From: Pristiophorus japonicus
Taxonomy: Eukaryota
Assembly (NCBI RefSeq): GCF_044704955.1
Contig: NC_091991.1
Span: 162,502,001-162,566,000 of the forward strand
Length of the DNA stretch: 64,000 nt
Reading direction: 5' to 3'
Shown here in pieces: positions 1 through 9,800 of the stretch; within the stretch, counting starts at the first letter, position 1; each line of letters begins with the position of its first letter. The notes under the pieces were generated by a model, which made no database searches, was not told the DNA's origin, and worked only from the letters and a program-made list of their open reading frames with translations. Made by a program: the position numbers and the translations under genes.

Positions 1-337
1 ACGCGGGTAAGTGTTAGAAGTCCTTGTTTACCTTTTAAAGTTAAAGTATCTTAACTCGCGCGGCGACGCGAGCCACGGGTCGACGCGGATTGCGCGGCGA
101 CGTGAACTGCGAGGCAACGCGGATTGCGCGGCGACGTGGTAGTTTAGTATTGAAATCGCGCGGCGACGCGAACCGCGCGGCGACGCGGGTAAGTGTTAGC
201 ATTAGTAAAGTTTGGTTATTTGGAGTTAGTTAAAGTCCGTGTTAGTTCTGTAAAGTCTGTGTCTATTTTTAAGTTTGTTTAAATTGCATGACGACACGAA
301 CGCGTAGCGACACAGTAATACGAGGGGCAGTGTGAAA

Positions 338-1763
338 ATGGGTAATCAGTTAGATAAAACTACGGATGCGGATAATCCGCTACAAAAGCTATGTGAGGAA
401 TTCCCTGAAAGAGCTGAAGACTTTAGAAAATTATCAGGAGCCCTGAACAAATTATTATGGATGACCAGTGGCCTCTAAGTGACACTAGAAGCGTAGAGGT
501 AAAAAAAAAGCACAGGGATTAATTTGGAGAAGGGGACGAGGAAAAGGGGATAAAAAAATTTAATTGCAACCTGGCGACATTATTGTCAGAAATTAAAAGA
601 TGCATCACTTCTATCGAGTTGGCAAACAAATGCTATTAAATTAGGACTTGCATTGACAGAGGGAACACATGTTAAAACTGTAGACGTCTTTAAAAAAAAA
701 GAATGAATGTGCACACGAGAAACTTGCTAAGAGATCCTCTGGGACCTCTGAGAAAGGTATTGATCAACTACAAGTTAAAATGGCTGGCTTTGTGTTAACC
801 GAGGCTGATGATGAAATTGATGAGTGGCCACTGACTCAGCGCCCAACGGCGCCTCCCGCACCCCCTGGCCTCTTGCTCCAGTCCTCTTCCCAACACCCTC
901 CACCTAACACTCCGGTAAAAAGAGTTAGGAACAACCACATATCACCAAAGCAACAAACCCAAACTGACTCCTCATCCTCTGATAGCGATTCGGATCCCCA
1001 GTTCACAGGCAATATAGCCGAAAGGACCAGATCTCACACTCGAAAGGGCAGAACTATATCTCATCACAAACAGTCCCGTAAATCTTCTAGTCAACCTACC
1101 AGTCCAAGTTGTGAAAGACATAGCAAACACCCCCGCCGATCGAGACGCAGAACTGTCAAGCAGTCAGACAGCTCTGAAACATCCTCCGGCCTAGAAATGA
1201 TTTCCAAGATCCCAAAGTCCCGACACCAATTCCCTGTCAGACCAATGCCAAACCCTGATGCACAACAAGCTGCAGACCACCTCTCTATAGATGTCTGTGA
1301 TCTTCAAACAACTATTTGATTGCTCACGCTATCCGGACAGATGGAAAGGGCAGTTAGATATTATTGGCAGAAAAAGAAAGGGGAGGGGGGAGGTGCGCCC
1401 CCAACCCGGGTCAAGACTGAATACGTGACTAGAAAGGAAGAGCCATCTCGGGAGGAAGGATCAATAGAACCGTAGTGTGGCATACAGGATTGGATGGATA
1501 AGCAAGGATACGGTTATACTAAACAACCAAACGGCCCGAGCCCTGCTAATAAACCTCCCTATTGTCCCCGGCATGGTATGGGAAGAGGCCGGGACTGGGT
1601 AAGAGGAATTGACTGTTTTAATTGTGGGCAGGAAGGACATTGGAATAAAAATTGCCTCTATCGTCAGCATGGAAAAGGAAGAGGAGGAAGGCAAGGGGGG
1701 AGAGGAGGATCTAACACTAACTTCTCCCAGAACAACCCCTTTGGTCAATTGTCCCCCGATTGA
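338..1763 (+). pseudogene. gag: ERV gag remnant (frameshifted; capsid apparently deleted)
   Basis: ATG 338 MGNQLDK (myristoylation-type start); RPTAPP late-domain motif in ORF 780-1319; zinc knuckle CFNCGQEGHWNKNC in ORF 1494-1763; no recognisable capsid/MHR between them. Confidence 0.85.
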
Positions 1764-4047
1764 CTACGCAGCTTGATTGTGCAGGGATCCTCCCCGGACG
1801 ACGAACCCATTCTGAATGAGTGGCAACCCTTTTTGATAGATACGGGAGCCTTCATGTCTTCTGTACAATCAAAGCTTAAACTCCCTGCTTCTACTGAAAC
1901 ACAGGAACTTTCAGGATTCCTGGGACAAATCTCGACATTCCCAGTGTCAGAACCGGTTAAAATGGGTTACCAGGAAGAATCGGTGGAACATCGAGTTGTA
2001 ATCACAACCAATCTGGACTGTAACTTGATGGCTAGAGACCTCCTTTGCAAATTCCAGTTGCATTTGGAGTATGGAGATTATTGTAAAACAGGAAACCCTT
2101 AAGCGGCAGTATTATACCACTAGAACCCCTCAGTGGTGGTCTCTGGACCTGCCGCAGGCACCCTATCACGTGACCCTAGCATACGATCCCAGTGGAAAGA
2201 ATCAGGACCTGCAGAACTTTTATCAGGATCACGAAGGGGAAGTGAAGGGAATTCTATTAAGGGCTAGAGTGACTGGACTGGAAAGAGAGGCAGATTTTGT
2301 GGAAGTGGATAAGAATCTGTGGAAACAGCCCCTAACAATGGCACCGCATATTGCTCGTGAAGTATTAGCCCCTCACCATGCTAAAGATTTGGGAGTTATG
2401 GTACGCAAGGCCATAGATGAGGCTGACCCTACCAGCCGGGATGTGCAAATTGTAAAACATGGCCGAACAGTCCAATTTCATGGGGACCCCGAGAAGGTCT
2501 TAACGACTCTACAGCATCATACTGGCTCCGGCATACCTGACTATGTGGATCCTCATGTGTGGGCAGAGAACCCCTCCCAAGTGGGTTATACTCCCATTGA
2601 TCCGATTGAGATCTCAGTGCAGGGCAATCCGACAGAACCCACTGAAATCACAGGCAATCCTAAACTGACTTTTTGGCACTATACTGCAATTAATCCGGCC
2701 TGTTTTCTTACTGAGCCACCCCAAGATGAGGAAGAACCCAGTCATGATTGTTTATGTTTGTTCACGGAAGTACTTCTATTAATCCAGAAGATACACGAAT
2801 CTCAGGATACGCCATAGTAAACCAGGAGAATCAGGTCTTGGAATCTGCTGCTTTGAAACCGCCTATTCTGCTCAACAAGCTGAACTATTCGCCCTCACCC
2901 AAGCCTGTATCTTGGCCAAAGATCTCAAAGTCAATATCTATACCGACTCTAGGTATGCCTTTGGGGTGGCGCATGATTTCGGACAATTATGGAAAAATAG
3001 GGGATTCCTAACCTCACAGGGGAATGAGATATCTCATAAACAGTTAGTATCTGATTTGTTGCAAGCCCTCATGTTCCCCAAACGCATTGCCATTGTCAAA
3101 TGTACCGGCCATACTACCGGAAATTCTCTGGTTGATATAGGGAATCGTTGTCCTGACCAAGAGGCCAAACAGGCCTCTCGTGACTAACAGATGGTAGTGC
3201 CCAAAATTATGAGTCGGACTAAAAATCCTGCGAAGGATAAGTTAGCCTCGGAAAAACCAATGCCAACCATCCAAGATGTTATAAAAGCACAGGAGGACGC
3301 TCCTGAAAAAGATAAACTGTTGTGGAAATATTATGCATGTACTTATGACAATGTTTCTAAACTCTGGACCACTCCCGCGGAACAAACTTGCATGTCTGAC
3401 GAGTTGGCCTCATGGGTTATAGAATGTCTGCATTTTGCTACTCATTGTGGAGCAAGGGCAACAAGTGATACGCTTTTGGCTACTTGGTGGCACCCTAAAC
3501 TCCAGGCGCTCACCCAGAACATCAGTAGTCGTTGCCTGGTTGGCCAGCAACATAATCCAGGGAAGGGAGTCCCCTGTGATTGGGGTAAAACGCCCCTACC
3601 CGAAGGTCCCTTTGAGACATTTCAGTTGAACTACATTGAGTTGCAAAAAGTTCAGTGTTACAGATATGTGTTAGTAATAGTAGATGTGTTTAGCAGATGG
3701 ATTGAAGCCTACCCTAACCTGGACAATAAGACTCAGACTGTTGTTAAGGTGTTAATGAGGGAAATTGTTCCTAGATATGAGATCTCAGCTAGACTGATGA
3801 CCACCTATGTTCTTTCTCTGACTCAGGCTCTGCGACTAGTTCACAACCAGGTTCAAGATGCTCACCTCGACCTCCCAGTTTTACCCGAATTGTCCCTCGT
3901 GGCACCAGGGAAGTATGGATTCGGAAGGGATTAGAGCCACAATAGGAGGGGCCTTTTTAGGTGTCACTCACTACCCCCACTGCAGCCAAGGTTGAGGGGA
4001 AAAGTGCCTGGGTTCACCTGCACCACTGCAAGCTCATCACCATTTAA
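1764..4047 (+). pseudogene. pol: ERV pro-pol remnant: protease, 2H-phosphodiesterase-like domain, RT (mostly deleted), RNase H, integrase (core partly deleted)
   Basis: FLIDTGA; YHVTL...PHIA...HAKDLGVMV; RT N-terminus VDPHVWAENPSQVG joined directly to tether INPACFL...HDC with no YxDD; VNIYTDSRYAFGVAHDFGQLWKNRGFLT; integrase HFATH and VIVDVFSRWIEAYP; frameshifts and an in-frame TAA at 3185-3187. Confidence 0.9.
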
Positions 4048-4239
4048 ACAAATTTTGCTGGTTAGTCTAATTCCTGTTTCTGTTCCAGATCTCCTCCTCC
4101 CTATAGCTGAACAAGGCAGTTGAAGGAGGATCAGTTTGAACTCTTACCTGTCAGACAGCCAAATACACTGACGGAGACCTGAAGGGAAATGTGAAAACAG
4201 AACTCTTTTTATCAGCTAAATAATTGGACTATTTATAAG

Positions 4240-4963
4240 ATGAGACTGTGTCTGTATGCTACTGTCTGCATAATAGTGTTGATATATGACAGTTTTGGTG
4301 CACGGGAAGGAAGACAAAGGCGAGAGCTCCATGTAAACACCTTTTTGTATATGTCTTACGTTTATGCGGAAAAAGGGCACTTCACTAGATGCTGGGTGTG
4401 TTCACATATCCCTATACATTCCAAAGGGGGAATTCCTTTGCGCACCGTTCCCCTGACCCTAACTGAGACTGTTAGGTGGATTCAAAGAAACGATATTGGA
4501 ACAGGTAGCTAACCGCACTGCTGAGACTCTGGAGGGCATCACAGCTGAAATGGTAGCGATAAGGACCGTAGCATTACAAAACCGAATGGCCCTCGATTAC
4601 CTGTTAGCTGAGAAAGGGGGAACGTGTGCCCTGATAGGATCTGAATGTTGCACTTACATTCCTGATAGTTCAGAAAACATAACCCACCTTGCCGATCACA
4701 TAAGGAGGGAGGTGAAAAAGTTATCCACACCAGCAAAAGAACTTAGCAGGTTTGATTGGTTTCTGGGTGGATCTTGGAGATCCTATCTAATACATGGGGC
4801 AATTGTTCTCCTCATAATAATTACCTGCTGTTTGATTGTTGGTTGCTTTAACCTCTGCTGTAAAGCAATGACAAGGTTAGCAGACCCTCTTGTGGTCAAG
4901 GGTTCCCGGGTTATGATCCAACAAACTAGAGAACTACTCAACAATGCAATACTCATAGAATGA
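4240..4963 (+). pseudogene. env: ERV env remnant (signal peptide and CWVC, large SU deletion, TM subunit)
   Basis: Hydrophobic N-terminus, CWVC (CxxC), immunosuppressive domain LQNRMALDYLLAEKGGTC plus CX6CC, transmembrane stretch; candidate splice acceptor ttcctgtttctgttccag ending 4088. Confidence 0.9.
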
Positions 4964-4998
4964 TCCTAAATGTTATCATAGAATGATAAAAGGGGGGA

Positions 4999-5548
4999 TG
5001 TGGATATCTGAATGGAATATATGGAATTAAGGACAGTAAAGTAAACGGGATATATGAAAATGTATAAGCCATGGAAGAATAGCTGGGAGAATGTCAGATT
5101 GCAAATAGTGCAACATCAGCATAGCTAACAGTCTGTCTCAAGGTTTCAAGTCACTAATCCTGCCAATAATATATAATTGTAACATGAAATACATCTGCAG
5201 AATTGCAAGGTCTCAGTAAATAGTCACACCATTAGATTGAAACATTTAGAGGCAATACTTGAGCTTTCAAGAAGAACATCTCATATAGATTGACTAATGA
5301 GTGGCTGAGTTAGACTGTCAATCCATTTGTATTTTGTTATCTGATTTCAAAACTGTATAACTGTTAACACTTTACGATGTAACTTCACCTATCCGTAGGG
5401 AGTGTGTACGCTCTATCCAGAGAGTATATCTTCTGTCTGATAGGTCTTACTGGCCAGTAATAAAGACTGCTTTGTTCAAAGCACAAGAGGTATTCGACTC
5501 AGTAATTTTACGGAACCAGATTGAAGTAAAAGAATCCAGGAATTAACA
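4999..5548 (+). repeat. ERV 3' LTR (~550 bp)
   Basis: Starts TG directly after PPT ataaaagggggga; TATAA 5356-5360; AATAAA 5459-5464; ends CA at 5548, where RTE LINE sequence resumes. Confidence 0.85.
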
Positions 5549-6128
5549 TAGACACCTCAAGTTGCTTGAGAAATATCATCAACGATGTCTCCGCAAGATC
5601 CTACAAATCCCCTGGGAGGATAAGCGCACCAACATCAGCGTCCTCATTCAGGCTAACATCCCCAGCATTGAAGCACTGACCACACTCGATCAACTCCGCT
5701 GGGCAAGCCACATAATCCGCATGCCAGACATGAGACTCCCAAAGCAAGTGCTCTACTCGGAGCTCCTTCACGGCAAATGAGCCAAAGGTGGGCAGCGGAA
5801 ATGCGACAAGGACATCCTCAAAGCCTCCCTGATAAAGTGCAACATTACCACTGACACCTGGGAGTCCCTGGCTCAAGACTGCCCTAAGTGGAGGAAGTGC
5901 ATCCGAAAGGGCACTGAGCACCTCGAGTCTCAACGCCGAGAGCATGCAGAAATCAAGCGAGGAAAGAGCGGCAGCAAACCAATCCCACCCACCCCTTACC
6001 TCAACGTTTATCTGTCCCACCTGTGATAAGAGTCTGTGGCTTTCATATTGGACTGTTCAGCCACCAAAGAACTCACTTCAGGAGTGGATGCAAGTCTTCC
6101 TCGATTCCGAGGGACTGCCTATGATAAT
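5549..6128 (+). mobile_element. RTE-clade LINE 3' fragment (host of the ERV insertion)
   Basis: ORF HQRCLRKILQIPWED...LRWASHIIRMPDMRLPKQVLYSEL is typical of an RTE ORF2 C-terminus; homologous to 23858-24750, where the sequence continues upstream of the junction. Confidence 0.85.
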
Positions 6129-6804
6129 TTATGTTCCATCACCAGTATTCACACAGATATGGATCAGTCCAGATTGATGGGGTGATGTCTCTTCTGTTGA
6201 CTGAAGGGCTCAACGTGAAATATTTGTCTGATTACGTCCGCGGAAAACACCGTGGGACATTTTTCTACATTAAAGGAACTATATTAATTCAAGATATTGA
6301 AGGATTCAATGTGAGATAGATTTGTCTCAATCCAGCTGCTACCAGGTTTGGGCACATAGCACAAAGCTATCCCAAAATTGGCAACCTCACTCAGAGACTG
6401 GCCGAGAGGCTCAACTGAAAGGCTTTGGAGGAAATAGAAACAGGTCACAGTGATACAGTGAAGGGAAGAGGCATATTATTGAGGTTTAGAGAGCTTTGCA
6501 CCCTGCATCTAATCATACTATAACTGAACTGGGAGTACATAATTGTGACAGAGTTGCAAATGAAAAGTGTTCATTTCTGCAACACCAACACACCTCACCT
6601 GAAGCACAAAATTAACAAAACGTAATCATAAAGATATCGTGTCCCTTGGTGGTATAGTAAGCAACGTCTCCATTGGTGCAGATGTGAAAGGTCTTGGTTT
6701 GCATCCCATTCAGCACTAAAATAGCTTATTAGCATCAGTGAGGGCTAGGAAAAACATTCAGACCAAAATGTGAGCAATGTAGCTACCCTTCTGTAACTCC
6801 CTAC

Positions 6805-9800
6805 CTGCTCAATGCTCTTTGTAACCATTCCTGTTCCAATATCCAAGACATTGACCTTTGTCCCACAAGTACAGAACATGCATGTTCCATCTTTATTAAT
6901 CTGTATTGGAAGAAATAAAATTTTATTTTTAAGCAACATGCTTCATTCTTAAAAACAAAGGAAAGTTGATTCCATCTCCAAATGGACAATGACAGCCCAA
7001 AGTCTGTCAAACTAAGCTAAGCAAACGGTTTTTACTTCTGTTTCTACTTCTTTCAACAGAATGCAAGGCATATGGAAGATAAATTAAGTTAACATACAAA
7101 AATCAAAAGTGAAAAAAAAATTTAAAAGAGGAAAAAATGGAGAACATGAAAATTTTAAAAAGACTAATATTACAGTCAAGCTACATTTGAGTAACTTTCT
7201 TAGTGTTATATCCTCCTTGTTTCAGCATCACAGTGCAGCAGCAGAGAACATACAAAACCAGCATTCTGTTGCCGTTCAAACGCTCCCTCTTTCAATTACT
7301 CCTAGATTATTTTTTTTAAATACAAGACGTACAGATGATGGGTTACATAACCATTATGAATAAATGTCCTTTGGTACAGTTGAATCACATTATACAAACA
7401 TGCCAAGAAATTCAATGGATCCAGATTTTAATATAAGTAAGTGAAACTAGCTTAGTTATGCCACATTGCCTTCATTACCAAATTACTGATTTGTAATTAT
7501 CTCATTAAGTCACAACATTTATGAAATAGCAGCATCATAGTTGTATGATTGACTCCCTTGTATTTCAATATTTTATAGCCATAATATTATTCAAACTTAA
7601 AAGTTTAAATATCAGTGAAAGCCAGATAAGACTAAAAATTTACAATAAATTAAACGATACCTGTACTTTTCCTCCTTTGTAAAATGGTTCAATTTTGCTG
7701 GAAACAGTATAGCTGGAAGAGATTTAAAAATAGAGTTAAACACTACTTAAGAAAGCAGACATTTACAGAAATCTTAAATTTGACTGAAAACGAGGAAAAA
7801 CCAAACATCTTTCAGCCGGTGTCAGCTGTGGCTCAGTGGGTAGCACACTCGCCTCGGAGTCAGAGGTTGTGGGTTCAAGTCCCACTCCAGGGACTTGAGC
7901 ACATAAATCCAGGCTGACACTCCAGTGCAGTGCTGAGGGAGTGCTGCACTGTCGGAGGTGCCCTCCTTCGGATGAGACATTAAACCGAGGCCCCGTCTGC
8001 TCCCTCAGGTAGACGTAAACGATCCCATGGCACTATTTTGAAGAAGAGCAGGGGAGTTCTCCCCGGTGACCCAGCCAATATTTATCCCTCAATCAACATA
8101 CCAAAAACAGATCATCAGGTCATTATCACATTGCTGTTTGTGGAAGCTTGCTGTGCACAAATTGGCTACCGTGTTTCCTATATTACAACAGTGACTACAC
8201 TACAGCCAATCAAGTACTTTTGGAAAGTTCTTTGAGACGTCCAGTGGTCGTGAATGGCGTTATCGAAATGCAAGTCTTTTTTTTTCCCCAAAGTGTGCGC
8301 TTTCAATGATTCCTATTTGTGGGTCACTGCACTTTTAGTTCAAGGCTCAGATTCATTACCTGCTAACTACTTGTTCCTCACTTTGCTACACAGAACTCCA
8401 ATTGCCTATGGGTTCATTGCATTATACAGTTGCTCTTCACTATTCTTTACGGCACAAGAAAGTCTACAGAGATATATATAAAAGTAGTCTTATCTTTATA
8501 ATCTTTAAATTGTTGCTTCAGTTCTTTCATGATTCAGTTGACCCTGTACAGAATTGCCACTAGGATCTCAGCAAAACATAATACCTGTAGTGTGCATTAC
8601 ATTTGGGGGGGTTTTACTCCAGATATTTTCTGCATTGCAAACCACTCTTGCAGCTGAGAACTCATTCATATAAACTTAAGTGTACCTCTACCTATCCAAT
8701 CTCTACATTATTTGGAGTGGGCCCAGGGATCAAACAGAAAACCTTCATTACTATATTTTACTACTGGTCATATCAAATGCACTCACATGATCTTCCTCGA
8801 CTTCAGAAGGCAGTAGAATAGACACTTCACTAGATGCTAGCTTAGGCGATAAACTGCCAAACAGATTTATTGGCCAGTAAATGGAGGTGAACAGAAGCAA
8901 GGAGGCATTGTAGATTCACAGTAATTGCAGGCTTAACTATCATGCCTCGGAAAATAGAAAATGAACAGTCACATATGTTGTGCTAATCCACAATGTAAAC
9001 TGGGCCAGACACAAGGGGTGGAATTTTCCACAGACAGGACCTTGCATGCAGCAAGTTGCAAAAATCAGACAGAGTGTCCACGAGTTCCTCAGAAGTTGTG
9101 AGGGGTCTCAAAGTTCCTCCCAGTTACCCGAATATTACATGTCTAAGGCATTTTGTGTCATACTTTTTCCATTTATATAAACTCTGCAAAGAATAGAGCT
9201 TAAGTTCTTTCTATCGAAAAGCAGGTACCAAAATCCCCCACAAAAACAAATTTTAATATACCATACAGGAGTTCACACTACCCAAGAATACTCATGCTTT
9301 ACATCATCATCATCGTAGTTAATGCCTCAAAGCGAGGATGACTTGCTTCCACGCCAAAAAGGGATGAGATCACAGGTGTTTCAATGAAGGACCTAATATT
9401 CCAGATTTCGAACTACATCTTGAAGGGTGGAAGATGTCTGTACATGGATTTTTTTTAACATATGTACTGCATTGTTATAATTCACATATCCAAAGAGATG
9501 TCTCACTACAATTTTCTGTCCTCCTCCTCTCACTTTTCTGCCTTGTAATATTTTAACCATATATGCCCTTTCAGAACATGCATATAAAAGTCACTTGAAG
9601 GAAGCAATGCACTCACTCAGGGAAATGACACAAGTTTCAGGTTGGTGTAAAACAGTTACTGCTTTGCACTGATGAGTTTGTGTAGTGTATATCAGAGTTA
9701 GGGTCAATCCTGACTTGGAAATAGAGCAAGACTTGGTCCTCCAGAGAGTCTCACTCTGCTACACTCCAATCAGATTATGCAATGAATAAACATTTAGGCT

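Larger units (their letters stand above)
1..5548 (+). mobile_element. Endogenous retrovirus (class I, epsilon/gamma-like), internally deleted; 5' LTR outside the window; antisense in TBL3 intron 3
   Basis: Ordered remnants: gag (MG start 338, PTAP, CCHC knuckle), protease DTGA, RNase H YTDSRYAFG, integrase, env ISD, polypurine tract 4986-4998 and a TG...CA 3' LTR. Confidence 0.95.

Noticed and set aside
6640-6716. tRNA-like sequence (tcccttggtggtatagtaagc...ggtttgcatccc)
   Set aside because: Only a vague A-box resemblance; no consistent cloverleaf or B box; at most an old SINE head.
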